Numbered from the stretch's first letter, positions 29,357-40,715 are shown. The stretch: 64,000 bases of DNA from Berkelbacteria bacterium GW2011_GWE1_39_12 (GCA_001029735.1 CP011213.1:268087-332086); one strand, 5' to 3'. Numbers and translations are program-made. The notes: generated from the sequence alone by a model not told the origin.

Positions 29357-29599
29357 ATGATAAAGTCAGGTGAAGGCGAAGACGGCGACATTGGCGTCGT
29401 TACTAGTAACGAATGCTCGCTGTATTCGAGTTGTACCTATAGAGACCAGAAGAGACCAACCCCAACCGACAACCAAGCTGGCGAGCAGCTTGCCGAATTT
29501 CACTACCAAAATACCGGAAAAATAGGCTGTCGTCCGGAGACTTGTCCTCATAACCCTGATCGTCATGTTGGCAGCCCTGGAGATTTTGGCCACCCGTAG
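29357..29599 (+). CDS. Hypothetical small Cys-containing protein
   Basis: GGAGGT SD, TTGACA promoter, terminator ~29625-29647. Confidence 0.55.
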   Translation: MIKSGEGEDGDIGVVTSNECSLYSSCTYRDQKRPTPTDNQAGEQLAEFHYQNTGKIGCRPETCPHNPDRHVGSPGDFGHP

Positions 29600-29772
29600 T
29601 TCTTTACTTTCTCTCCTATCCCTCCCCGCGTTCTGCGGGGTTTTTTAAATCAAAGTATTGCTAAAGAAAAAAATATATGGTAGAATCGTTCTAGATTGCA
29701 TATTCCCGTTTTTAACAACAACGGTTCCATTGTTTACTTTTAAAGTAAGCAGATAGCAGTCAGAAAGGACAA

Positions 29773-30360
29773 ATGAACAATTACGAAATCACGTTTATCA
29801 CCCGTGAAAATTTGGGTGAAAAACCAGTTAAAGATGTGTTGGATAATTTTTCCGGCCACATCTTGGGAATCTCCTCAATTGGCGAACGACAATTTGCTTA
29901 TCCGATCCAAAAAGAAACTCGCGGTGTTTACACTACGATTCTTTTCGAGTTGGATCCGTCAAAATTTGCTGATCTAAACCGCAAATTGACTTTAACCGAA
30001 GAGATCCTGCGATTTCTTATTACGACCAAAAAGCCATCGGCAATGAAGGCGTTGGAAGAAGTGGCAGCCGAAGTTGAGCAAGCAGAAATTACAGCTCCTA
30101 TCGCAATTGCCGCACCTGCAGAAATTGCCGCACCAGCAGAAATCAAAGAAACTATCATAGAAGAGCCAAAGGTTGAAGTTGAGGTCAAAGAAGAAGTCGT
30201 AAAAGCCGAACCAAAGAAAGTCACGAAAGCCAAAAAAATCGAAGCTCCAGTTGAAAAGAAAGCTTCAAAAGAAGTTAAAGAAATAGAAGAAGAAACCGAA
30301 TCAGAAGAAGATCGCTTAAAAGAATTAGATAAAAAATTAGACGAATTATTAAAGGATTAA
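29773..30360 (+). CDS. rpsF: 30S ribosomal protein S6 with long C-terminal extension
   Basis: YEITFI, GERQFAYPI, ILRFLI; rpsF-ssb-rpsR order. Confidence 0.93.
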   Translation: MNNYEITFITRENLGEKPVKDVLDNFSGHILGISSIGERQFAYPIQKETRGVYTTILFELDPSKFADLNRKLTLTEEILRFLITTKKPSAMKALEEVAAEVEQAEITAPIAIAAPAEIAAPAEIKETIIEEPKVEVEVKEEVVKAEPKKVTKAKKIEAPVEKKASKEVKEIEEETESEEDRLKELDKKLDELLKD

Positions 30361-30369
30361 AGGAGAAAT

Positions 30370-30867
30370 ATGTTTAGTTTAAATCGTGCTCAAATCGTTG
30401 GCAATTTAACCCGCGACCCCGAGATGCGATCCACTCCAAACGGTCAATCCGTAACCTCCTTTTCCGTCGCCACTAATCGCCGCTGGAAAGACAAAGACGG
30501 CACCACCCAGGATCAAACAGAATTTCATAATGTTGTGGCTTGGGGCAAGCTTGCCGAAATTTCCAGCCAATACTTAAAAAAAGGCAACAAAGTTTATATC
30601 GAAGGCCGCCTTTCAACCAGAAGTTGGGAAGGCCAAGATGGCAGTAAGAAAAACCGCACCGAAATCGTTACTGAAAATATTATTTTCTTAACGCCAAAAG
30701 GCGCTGCCGGCGAAGCTGTTCCTTCTGCTCCAGACATGGAAGAATTTCCGATCGAAGAAAAAGCTGCTGACGCACCTAAAAAAGATAAGAAAGAAGCCAA
30801 GAATCCGCCAGCTGGCGGAAAATCTGACGAGTTAGACGAAATCAACCTAGACGATATTCCATTTTAA
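30370..30867 (+). CDS. ssb: Single-stranded DNA-binding protein
   Basis: GNLTRDPE; C-terminal DDIPF. Confidence 0.97.
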   Translation: MFSLNRAQIVGNLTRDPEMRSTPNGQSVTSFSVATNRRWKDKDGTTQDQTEFHNVVAWGKLAEISSQYLKKGNKVYIEGRLSTRSWEGQDGSKKNRTEIVTENIIFLTPKGAAGEAVPSAPDMEEFPIEEKAADAPKKDKKEAKNPPAGGKSDELDEINLDDIPF

Positions 30868-30872
30868 ATAAG

Positions 30873-30912
30873 GTAAATTATGGCCAAGCTACCACTTGGC
30901 ACGGAATTTTAC
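30873..30912 (+). repeat. Bulged-hairpin element copy
   Basis: GTAAATTAT-G-GCCAAG-CTACCA-CTTGGC-ACGG-AATTTTAC. Confidence 0.7.
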
Positions 30913-30965
30913 AGAAAGTAAAAATAATTGGCAAAAGCCAATTTCTGAAATTTAAGGATTAAATT

Positions 30966-31190
30966 ATGAAAAAAACATTTTCAAACGTAAAAAAACATTG
31001 CTATTTCTGCAAGAAAAAAATTGACGACATCGACTACAAAGATACCAATCTTTTAGGCCGATACATTACCGCATGGGCAAAAATGAAGGCTGGCCATGAT
31101 ACCGGTGTATGTTCCCGCCATCAACGTCGCTTAGCAGAAGCGATCAAACGAGCCCGCTACATGGCTTTAATGCCATACGTCAAAAGATAA
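30966..31190 (+). CDS. rpsR: 30S ribosomal protein S18 (Zn-binding form)
   Basis: CYFC, IDYKD, HQRRLAEAIKRAR. Confidence 0.96.
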   Translation: MKKTFSNVKKHCYFCKKKIDDIDYKDTNLLGRYITAWAKMKAGHDTGVCSRHQRRLAEAIKRARYMALMPYVKR

Positions 31191-31226
31191 GTTAGTTATA
31201 GGCTTTCAGACTTTAAGGACTGAATT

Positions 31227-31790
31227 ATGCTGACAATTAGCGATCTAAAAATCGGTACAAAGATTATTTTTAATGATGAACCACATCAGGTTATTTTTGC
31301 GCAACATTCTAAACAGGGCCGTGCTGGCGCAGTTTTGCGTAGCAAATTAAAAAATTTGCTTAACGGTGCAACAGTTGACCATACCTTTGCCGGCGCAGAA
31401 AAAATCGAGGAAGCGGAATTACAGCTTAAAAAAGCTCAATATTTATACAAAGCTGAAGAACCACCGGTATACTTTTTTATGGACCCAACCGATTTCGAGC
31501 AATTTTCCTTAACTCAAAAACAGGTTGCCGAAAACGGTAAGTTTCTTAAAGAAGGCGAAGAAGTTGATATTTTGTATTATGACGGCGAAGCAATCAATAT
31601 TCAGCTTCCAATCAAAATTAAAATGAAAATTACATATACAGAACCTGGTTTTAAAGGCAATTCCGCTTCCACGGTTCAAAAACCAGCCACACTCGAAACC
31701 GGCGCTCAAGTTAACGTTCCCCTTTTCATTAAAGAAAACGATGAAGTGATAGTCGACACCCGTGATGGAAGTTATGTCGAAAGAGCTTAA
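31227..31790 (+). CDS. efp: Elongation factor P
   Basis: KQGRAGA loop, KPATLETG, VNVPLFI, DTRDGSYVERA. Confidence 0.96.
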   Translation: MLTISDLKIGTKIIFNDEPHQVIFAQHSKQGRAGAVLRSKLKNLLNGATVDHTFAGAEKIEEAELQLKKAQYLYKAEEPPVYFFMDPTDFEQFSLTQKQVAENGKFLKEGEEVDILYYDGEAINIQLPIKIKMKITYTEPGFKGNSASTVQKPATLETGAQVNVPLFIKENDEVIVDTRDGSYVERA

Positions 31791-31844
31791 ACTTTAGATT
31801 TAGATGTTCTCTAAAAATCGAGTGTCGCCGCGGAAATTTCTAGC

Positions 31845-31892
31845 GAAATTATCATCGATACTCGTGACGGAAGCTACGTTGAAAGAGCTTAA
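31845..31892 (+). pseudogene. Stranded divergent copy of the efp 3' end
   Basis: Encodes EIIIDTRDGSYVERA* versus EVIVDTRDGSYVERA*; joined to the hairpin half-element at 31827-31852. Confidence 0.9.
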
Positions 31893-31938
31893 AAAAAAAT
31901 TAGACTAAAAAGGAGCATCCGTAGATACTCCTGTACTA

Positions 31939-32553
31939 TTAAAATCGCCGATTCAAAAATTGTTTCTGCTTAACAGGTGGTTCCTGAGGACCGGCCTCGG
32001 CCATTTGAATAACTGAATTAACCCTCTGGGCGTAATCCCCGCCCAGTCTTTGAAAATCCGAAAGAACTTTCTTCAGATCTGCGACCAGTGCACGGCGGAT
32101 TCTCGGGTTTTCGCTGCCGGCAAAGTAATCCATTTCCTTAATACCTTTTTCAAAAGAGCCCGCCAACATTCGATGATATGCCCGAGAAAAAAGAGACTGT
32201 CTACGCCAATATTTTTCCGCGGCTGTTTGCGGATCAAAATTTATCCGACTTTCCGCTTCTGCCGCGAAAATGGCATGAACACGGTTCCAGCTCCTTGGCT
32301 CAATTTCTTCCATAAGAACCGGACGAACTTGGGGGTTCATGTAAAAAAGATGTTCACCGACTTTTTCAAGTACACCCAGCGAGATAAGTTCCCGCCAAAT
32401 CTCTTCCTGCTCATGTTTTCGAAAGTGGCATTCGCTCGTAAATACGGCGAAAGCTGCTGGGGAAGTGAAAATAATACCGGCTGAAAGTAAAACAGCCGTC
32501 CGCCTAAGCCTGGAGTCTTTTTTCAAGGTATTCATCATTTCGCCAATTTCCAT
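31939..32553 (-). CDS. Hypothetical helical protein
   Basis: GGAGGT SD, TTGAC promoter, terminator ~31907-31933. Confidence 0.6.
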   Translation of the reverse strand: MEIGEMMNTLKKDSRLRRTAVLLSAGIIFTSPAAFAVFTSECHFRKHEQEEIWRELISLGVLEKVGEHLFYMNPQVRPVLMEEIEPRSWNRVHAIFAAEAESRINFDPQTAAEKYWRRQSLFSRAYHRMLAGSFEKGIKEMDYFAGSENPRIRRALVADLKKVLSDFQRLGGDYAQRVNSVIQMAEAGPQEPPVKQKQFLNRRF

Positions 32554-32688
32554 CAGAAACCTCCAACGATGCGAATTCGTCCAAATCTTAACAAATATTT
32601 TGTCAAAAGTCAACCATAACCCAGCTATTTTAATGTGATATAATAAGATCGATTTAAATGCAAAATTTCACTAAAAATAAATTATCGA

Positions 32689-33195
32689 ATGTTTATCGAA
32701 GCAAAAAAAATTATTGGTTTACCAATCGCTGCCATGGACGCAGAAGCAAAAGTTGGCGAAGTCCGTGACCTTGTTTTTGATCCTAATAATGGCAATTTAT
32801 TAGGATTATTGGTAAAAATGGAAGGCCTCCTTGGGCCAACCTTAGCTCTTTCCTTTATCGATATTTTGGAATGGGATCCGAACGGCATCGTCACCGAAAG
32901 CTTAGAAAATCTCGTTCCGGCTTCAGAAATTGTTAGAATAAACGAAATAATAAAGAATAAAATACGTTTAATCGGCATGTCTGCCAGAACTGAATCTGGG
33001 AAAAGATTAGGTATTGTTCAAGATTTGCTTATCGACACAGAATTAAGTGTAATTGCAAAGTATTACCTAAAAGATTTAATTTCAGGATTAGAAAGAGTCT
33101 TACCAGCTGATAAGGTTGTAAGAATCGAGAAAGAAGTAATTTTTACAGACGATTCGGCTATTATTCCTACAGGAGTCCAAAATGCCACCGCTTAA
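32689..33195 (+). CDS. PRC-barrel domain protein
   Basis: Two PRC repeats (GEVRDLVFD, GIVQDLLID). Confidence 0.8.
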   Translation: MFIEAKKIIGLPIAAMDAEAKVGEVRDLVFDPNNGNLLGLLVKMEGLLGPTLALSFIDILEWDPNGIVTESLENLVPASEIVRINEIIKNKIRLIGMSARTESGKRLGIVQDLLIDTELSVIAKYYLKDLISGLERVLPADKVVRIEKEVIFTDDSAIIPTGVQNATA

Positions 33196-33520
33196 AGCGC
33201 ACTCCAAATTCTCAATCGATGTTATAAATATTGTTGCCCAAATCCCCAAGGGCAAGTTAATGACCTATTCAAAAGTCGCCGAAAAAGCCGGCTCACCTAG
33301 AGCCTATCGCGCTGTCGGCAGTATTTTAAATCGTAATTTTAGGAACCAAGGTAATCAATTACCTGGAATTTCAGGTATTCCAATTCCTTGTCATCGCGTG
33401 GTTCGTGCCGACGGTCATATAGGTGACTATGCTAAAGGGCCTAAAGAAAAAGAAAAATTGCTCGAGATTGAAGGCCATGTCGTGGAAAACGGCAAACTAA
33501 AATTAATGAATTTAGCTTAA
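33182..33520 (+). CDS. Methylated-DNA--cysteine methyltransferase (MGMT) domain protein
   Basis: IPKG..TY, RAVG, PCHRVV. Confidence 0.9.
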   Translation: MPPLKAHSKFSIDVINIVAQIPKGKLMTYSKVAEKAGSPRAYRAVGSILNRNFRNQGNQLPGISGIPIPCHRVVRADGHIGDYAKGPKEKEKLLEIEGHVVENGKLKLMNLA

Positions 33521-33607
33521 TTTATACCGAGTCAACGCTCTAGAATAATTGACTTTAAAGCCGGCTGTGTTAGGCTCTATTTGGAAACTGACAAGGAGGT
33601 GCACCTT

Positions 33608-34072
33608 ATGAATTACAATGACTGGCATTCATATCGGGTGTTTTTTATGCCGGCTAAAAATCAGTCTGGATTTGATATTTATCTGAAACATCTAAAAACC
33701 CTCGACACTACACTTGTAACAAGTAAAAGCATAATTCGTGATATCATCTGTTGGCACAAGAAGACCCAAGGCATGCATACGACTATCCTTGATACACGTG
33801 ATTCTGTTTTAATCAAAGTGGAGTGCAGTCATCAAGAAATCGAAGTGATTTTTGCCAAGACCTATGTTCCAGTAAAAACTGCTTCTTTCATCTCGATTTA
33901 TGATCCGCCCGAGACCCTGAATTTTGAGGATTTTCTCAGGAGCCGTACGGCTATCCTTGCCTCAATGTTCAATGACGCAGAAACTTTTTGTCAAGCGCTA
34001 CGGACCAAAGATTATTATCTGAAAGAAATTAGAAATGCCGGCTATCAAGTTGTCAGCATCAAACTTTCATGA
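33608..34072 (+). CDS. Hypothetical protein, stand-alone unit
   Basis: AAGGAGGT SD, TTGACT promoter, terminator right after the stop. Confidence 0.6.
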   Translation: MNYNDWHSYRVFFMPAKNQSGFDIYLKHLKTLDTTLVTSKSIIRDIICWHKKTQGMHTTILDTRDSVLIKVECSHQEIEVIFAKTYVPVKTASFISIYDPPETLNFEDFLRSRTAILASMFNDAETFCQALRTKDYYLKEIRNAGYQVVSIKLS

Positions 34073-34163
34073 CCCGCTGTTATTATTAGCGGGTTTTTAC
34101 TTGACTAAAACCATTTCTTACCATATAATCGCACTAACGCACCTTGTACAACGGAGGACCATA

Positions 34164-34736
34164 ATGTCGCAGTTCTCACCTAGAATCGATGTTCCAGTTA
34201 TTGGACTTAACCTTCGCTCTCCTGGGCAAGGAGATTCAACCATTTTTGCTATTCATATTGGAAATATAATCATCTCGAATGGAATCAGCGGACTTGGAGT
34301 TAAAGAGTCGCTTGATCGTATAGCTCATGCCGGCGAACTCAGTTGCGGAGGCAGGCTATACATTGTCCGAAATGAAAATGGGACAGTTGATCTAGTGTGT
34401 CAGAGATGTGCTACCAGAGTTTTGCTGGGCATGACGCCTAAAGTTGCGTATGGCCACTGGGTTAGGCTTTCGGCCATCATGAGTTATGTTACATTTGGTC
34501 CAGACAATATATCTCATCCGGCTATGAAAGCTTCTCGCATTATCAAATGCTCAGATTCGCTGAGTAAATCACTAGGAGCCAGCCATGTGATTTACTTCTC
34601 ATCTGCCGATAAGCCTGGTTTTGCCATCGCAAAAATTATTGGCAAGAAATTACCACAAGATGTCTGCAACCGACATTTTCCCGGTGTTAATGTGAACCCT
34701 GAACCACAAATCGCGCTAATCGAACAATCAATCTAA
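34164..34736 (+). CDS. Hypothetical protein, stand-alone unit
   Basis: TTGACT/TATAAT promoter 34101-34129, GGAGG SD, terminator right after the stop. Confidence 0.6.
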   Translation: MSQFSPRIDVPVIGLNLRSPGQGDSTIFAIHIGNIIISNGISGLGVKESLDRIAHAGELSCGGRLYIVRNENGTVDLVCQRCATRVLLGMTPKVAYGHWVRLSAIMSYVTFGPDNISHPAMKASRIIKCSDSLSKSLGASHVIYFSSADKPGFAIAKIIGKKLPQDVCNRHFPGVNVNPEPQIALIEQSI

Positions 34737-34825
34737 CCCGCTCCGGCGGGTTTTTTCATACAAAAAAACGGCCCGCCAGGTTAAGCATGGCATTTAGGCC
34801 GTTTTTTTCACTTATCTTTTATAGA

Positions 34826-36481
<1,656 letters not shown>

Positions 36482-36552
36482 TTAAAAGTTTTTAAGTCTA
36501 TCAAGTCTGTAAAGTTTTACCTTAAGGACTACACGGACTTTTTAGTTAGACG

Positions 36553-36837
36553 TTATCCTATAACGCCGAGTATATCTTTTTCTGACAAAATTATTACCGT
36601 TTCGCCGTCAAGCTTAAATTCGTCACCAGCGTATTCTTTGTACAAAACTTTGTCGCCAGCTTTAACATTCATTTCCATCAACTTGCCGTCTTCGATTCTA
36701 CCTGGACCGACAGATAAAACTTCACCTTGGTGAGATTTCTCTTTGGCGGTGTCTGGAATAAACAATCCAGACTTTGTTTTCGATAGTTCTTCAATTGGCT
36801 TTAACACCACTCTGTCTGCAAGCGGTTTGAGTTTCAC
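36553..36837 (-). CDS. groES: Co-chaperonin GroES
   Basis: LKPLADRVV...GEVLSVGPG. Confidence 0.97.
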   Translation of the reverse strand: MKLKPLADRVVLKPIEELSKTKSGLFIPDTAKEKSHQGEVLSVGPGRIEDGKLMEMNVKAGDKVLYKEYAGDEFKLDGETVIILSEKDILGVIG

Positions 36838-36900
36838 TTTGTGTCCTTTCTTTTAATTTATTTATTTTAGTTCAAAAAAACTCCATCCTTGAAGTTTTTT

Positions 36901-36982
36901 ATAAGTGCTGGGAAGAAAAGCCAAGGGGGATAGACTTCCCTCCCAGCACCTTATATTCTATCCTATCAGGGTATTTTGTCAA
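36901..36982 (-). promoter_or_regulatory. groES promoter and 5'-terminal hairpin
   Basis: TTGACA-16-TAGAAT (36982-36955) followed by a long stem with ATCCCCCTT loop. Confidence 0.6.
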
Positions 36983-36996
36983 GGTTTTTGCGGTTA

Positions 36997-37626
36997 TTAT
37001 TCTTTTATTGGGTGAAAACAGAGTTCCTTGTCTGAAACTCTGATTCGTCCTTTGGGCGATTCCAATGTTCTTTTGTCGGTTAAGATTCTTTTCTTCTGAA
37101 TTTTCCCCAATATCTTCTCTAAATTATCTCCAAAACTTCCAGATAATATTTTTTCTCCTAAGGCTCGAATAGATGGCATGATCCTACTTTCAGATACAAG
37201 TGATCTATTTTCAACAACCGGAAAATTTTCTTTTTTCATCCAATCATTCTTTTTCAAATATTTACTATATGTATTATCAATATCGGTTAACGGGATTAGC
37301 TGGGAAAAAACTCTGGCGTGATATTCGTTGTGGGGTTTAACGTCTAAATAATCCGTTGTCTGGTATCTGTTCAAGCAAATCATTCCCGCCACTTTCTCCC
37401 CTTGCCTTCTATATCCTGAAAGCTCGGTAATTAAAGTCACAAAAAAACGACAAATCCAAATGCGATGTTTTTGCGCAATAATTAAAAAGTCGATGTCGGA
37501 AGTTACCTTGGCTTCACCTCTTGAGAGTGATCCATTTAGACCAACCATCCGAACAAAAGGCGCCAGCTGTAACCAATAGGCCACCACTTTCGCGCGTCTT
37601 AAATATTCTTTTTCAAATACTTTCAT
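36997..37626 (-). CDS. Nucleotidyltransferase-fold hypothetical protein
   Basis: GSLSRG...SDIDF. Confidence 0.7.
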   Translation of the reverse strand: MKVFEKEYLRRAKVVAYWLQLAPFVRMVGLNGSLSRGEAKVTSDIDFLIIAQKHRIWICRFFVTLITELSGYRRQGEKVAGMICLNRYQTTDYLDVKPHNEYHARVFSQLIPLTDIDNTYSKYLKKNDWMKKENFPVVENRSLVSESRIMPSIRALGEKILSGSFGDNLEKILGKIQKKRILTDKRTLESPKGRIRVSDKELCFHPIKE

Positions 37627-37699
37627 ATCTATCTTGTATCATATTATTGGAATTGATAGAATAGGATTGAGCTTGTCAATTTAAACCTAGGAGTTTGCG

Positions 37700-38671
37700 A
37701 TGAAAATATTTTCGGGCATTCAGCCATCTGGCGTCGTTCATTTAGGTAACTATTTGGGCGCTATGAAAAATTGGGCCAATTTACAGAATTCGCCAGCTGG
37801 CGAAAACGAAGCCATTTTTTGCGTCGTTGATTATCACGCCATTACAGTTGATTATCCAAAAGACGAAATGCCGCAACGAATTATTAATGCTGCCAAAGAT
37901 ATTTTAGCCTCCGGCGTTGATCCTAATAAATCGACTTTATTTCTTCAATCCGACATTCCCGAACACACCGAACTTGCTTGGTTATTAAATACAATTACCA
38001 CTATGGGTGAACTTTCGCGGATGACCCAATACAAAGATAAAACTGCTAAACACGAGGAGCGTGCCGGCTTATTCGATTATCCTGTCCTCATGGCCGCCGA
38101 CATTATGATCTACAAAGCTGAAGGCGTTCCAGTTGGTGAAGATCAGGTCCAGCATGTCGAGCTGACTCGCGATTTAGTCCGACGATTTAACTCTAAGTTT
38201 GGCGATACTTTCCCTGAACCAAAACCACTATTAACTGAAGCCAAGCGAGTTATGAGTCTTTCGGGGTCAGGTAAAATGAGTAAATCCGACTCCCCTTCAA
38301 CCTATATCGCTATGACCGATGAACCGGATGTTATTCGCAAAAAGATATCGTCCGCTGTTACCGACGACGGACAATCCGATGATATTTCGCAATCAACTAT
38401 CAACTTGATTAATCTCTATGGCGAATTTGCCGGCCAAGGAGAAGCCGACAAATTCATGGAACAAAGAAAAGCTAAGACCATTAAATATTCAGAATTTAAA
38501 CCTGCTCTGGCCGAAGCCATCATAAATGAACTTGAACCATTTCAAAAACGCCGCGCCGGAGTAACAGATGAAGAAGTTAAAAAGATCTTCACCGATGGTG
38601 CTGCCAAACTTCGTCCAATCGCCCAGGAAACATTGAAAGAAGTTAAAGAAAAAATGGGTCTTATAATTTAA
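37700..38671 (+). CDS. trpS: Tryptophan--tRNA ligase
   Basis: SGIQPSG, HLGN, VPVGEDQ, KMSKS. Confidence 0.97.
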   Translation: MKIFSGIQPSGVVHLGNYLGAMKNWANLQNSPAGENEAIFCVVDYHAITVDYPKDEMPQRIINAAKDILASGVDPNKSTLFLQSDIPEHTELAWLLNTITTMGELSRMTQYKDKTAKHEERAGLFDYPVLMAADIMIYKAEGVPVGEDQVQHVELTRDLVRRFNSKFGDTFPEPKPLLTEAKRVMSLSGSGKMSKSDSPSTYIAMTDEPDVIRKKISSAVTDDGQSDDISQSTINLINLYGEFAGQGEADKFMEQRKAKTIKYSEFKPALAEAIINELEPFQKRRAGVTDEEVKKIFTDGAAKLRPIAQETLKEVKEKMGLII

Positions 38672-38682
38672 CAAGGAGTATA

Positions 38683-39162
38683 ATGTCATTAGAACAAAAT
38701 GATCAATCTCAAGAATCAGAACAAGACCAAAAACCGATCGTGGTTGAAAGTGAAGATTTTGAAATTCAGGGCGTTCGCCTACAAAAACAAAACGAAGCCA
38801 TTGCAGAATCTCTCGATTCCAAAGGCCGAAAAGCTCTAGAAATATTGCTCACGTCTCCTTATGAAGAAGGGCTTGCGACTGATCGAGTCAGTTTGCTAGG
38901 AATTCTCGTAAAATATTATCAAAACGCAGAAATACAAAACCCCGGTTGCTTAGATGAAAAATTAAATGAGGCCTCCGCAAAAATTATCGAGGTACAAAAA
39001 GAAATCGCCACGTTAGAAAAAAGTGTCGAAAAATACAGCGATAATCCAAATATTTCTGTGACTTTCAAGGGTATTTTAGATCAACGAAAAGACCTTCTTA
39101 AGTCCCAAGAGGCCTTTCTCAAGGCAATGCAAATTTTAAAGGGTGAAGAAAAAGCAGTCTAA
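38683..39162 (+). CDS. Hypothetical coiled-coil protein
   Basis: AAGGAG SD; 159 aa. Confidence 0.6.
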   Translation: MSLEQNDQSQESEQDQKPIVVESEDFEIQGVRLQKQNEAIAESLDSKGRKALEILLTSPYEEGLATDRVSLLGILVKYYQNAEIQNPGCLDEKLNEASAKIIEVQKEIATLEKSVEKYSDNPNISVTFKGILDQRKDLLKSQEAFLKAMQILKGEEKAV

Positions 39163-39251
39163 AAAGAAATTTTTGCAGAAAGGTGTAAACAAATTACTAC
39201 CTTTCGCGAAAGCCATGCTTTAGAGGTTAAGAAATGGGTTTTATAATTTAA
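39161..39251 (+). pseudogene. Degenerate copy of the trpS 3' end
   Basis: AAATGGGT.TTATAATTTAA matches the trpS end at 19/20; upstream part aligns loosely. Confidence 0.65.
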
Positions 39252-39259
39252 TATTTATT

Positions 39260-39703
39260 ATGAATGATATTAAAATCGAACAACTAAAGAGTCTAAATAA
39301 AAAAGATTATCATGATTGCATGAACTTATTGCCCCAATTATTACCTACGGTAAAATTGCCAAGTTATGCTGAATTTGAAAAAATTATTAAATCCCCAACT
39401 ACAAATTTATTTATTGCAAGGGAAGAAAGTTCCCAACAAATAATCGGTATGCTAACTCTGATTTTTTATCGAATTCCTGTAGGCCTTTGCTCACGCATAG
39501 AAGATGTAATTATTGATGAAAATCATCGAAGAAAAGGGCTTGGCACTAGTCTTTGTAATGCTGCCATCGAAGATGCTAAAAAAGCTGAGGCAATGAAAAT
39601 CGATCTTACCTCAAACCCATCAAGGGAAGAGGCTCATCGCCTTTATGAGTCGCTTGGATTTTCCATCTATAATACAAGTGTTTATCGATTAGTCCTTCAC
39701 TAA
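39260..39703 (+). CDS. GNAT family acetyltransferase
   Basis: IEDVII...RRKGLG...LYESLGF. Confidence 0.9.
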   Translation: MNDIKIEQLKSLNKKDYHDCMNLLPQLLPTVKLPSYAEFEKIIKSPTTNLFIAREESSQQIIGMLTLIFYRIPVGLCSRIEDVIIDENHRRKGLGTSLCNAAIEDAKKAEAMKIDLTSNPSREEAHRLYESLGFSIYNTSVYRLVLH

Positions 39704-39732
39704 ATCTAATCAAAATTTATTAAGGAGGGATT

Positions 39733-40239
39733 TTGAATAATCCTGCAAATTTTAATCAACCAGAACAGCAACCAGCTTCCGCCCCGGCACCAGTGGAGTC
39801 AGTTTTGGTTAATGAGCCAGTTCCAGCCCAGCAAATCCCAGCCAAACCGCTTATTGATAAAACAAAACTAACTAAAGTTATCATTATTTTGTTGGTTATC
39901 TTGATCATAGCTGTCGGTGGTGGTTTAGTTTATAGCTCATATAACAATAAGGCAAAAGCTAAGGACGCTAAAATTCGGGCTGATCTTCAAGAGATGAAAG
40001 TTTCTGCAGAGAAATATTACGATGAACATACAAATTCTTACAAAGATTGGACACCGGATCAAGGTCTAATTGCAGATGTAAAGAGCCAAGGCTCGGAGAT
40101 CCAATCCGAGATTACCGATCAACAATTCACTATCACCGCTTTACTTCCCAAAGCAAAAAATTATTATTGCGTTAAAAGAGATGCAATCATCGAAGTGGAC
40201 CAAACTACTCTCCAATCACTCTGTCCAATTACCAAATAA
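39733..40239 (+). CDS. Pilin/pseudopilin-like membrane-anchored protein
   Basis: TM helix followed by KAKDAKIRADL...YY; C-terminal Cys pair. Confidence 0.6.
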   Translation: MNNPANFNQPEQQPASAPAPVESVLVNEPVPAQQIPAKPLIDKTKLTKVIIILLVILIIAVGGGLVYSSYNNKAKAKDAKIRADLQEMKVSAEKYYDEHTNSYKDWTPDQGLIADVKSQGSEIQSEITDQQFTITALLPKAKNYYCVKRDAIIEVDQTTLQSLCPITK

Positions 40240-40247
40240 GAGATTAA

Positions 40248-40715
40248 ATGAACAATCAAACTGATCAAATACTAACCCAACAGCCAATTAGTACCCCTCC
40301 GGTGAAAAAGCCTACGAGTTCTACGGCCGTTGTCTTGATTATCATTGGATCGATCATAGGGGTAATGATTATAATCGGTATTTTATCTGTAATGGTAACC
40401 GCTTCACTTGGCGGAGCAAAAGACAAAGCCAAGGATGTTAAAATCAAATCTGACGTGCACCAATTGAGGGCAATGGCCGAAACCTATTATAGCGATAATA
40501 AAGATTCTTACACTGGCTGGAAGCCAGACCAAGGAATCTTAAGCGATTTGGCCAACCAGAAATCAACCTTACAATTTGTCGCCAAAGACCAAAAAATAGC
40601 CCTCTTTGCTAAGCTAACAACTGACAATAATTATTACTGCAGTGATGAAATTCACTCCATTGTGGTTTCAGAAGTTACGCTTGATAAGGGTTGCCCGTTG
40701 CCCGTTATCAATTGA
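40248..40715 (+). CDS. Pilin/pseudopilin-like protein, paralog of the previous gene
   Basis: IIGILS...AKDKAKDVKIKSDV...YY; C-terminal Cys pair. Confidence 0.65.
   Translation: MNNQTDQILTQQPISTPPVKKPTSSTAVVLIIIGSIIGVMIIIGILSVMVTASLGGAKDKAKDVKIKSDVHQLRAMAETYYSDNKDSYTGWKPDQGILSDLANQKSTLQFVAKDQKIALFAKLTTDNNYYCSDEIHSIVVSEVTLDKGCPLPVIN

Noticed and set aside
29700-29772. S6:S18 ribosomal leader
   Set aside because: A hairpin is present, but I cannot match the conserved motif confidently without a covariance search.
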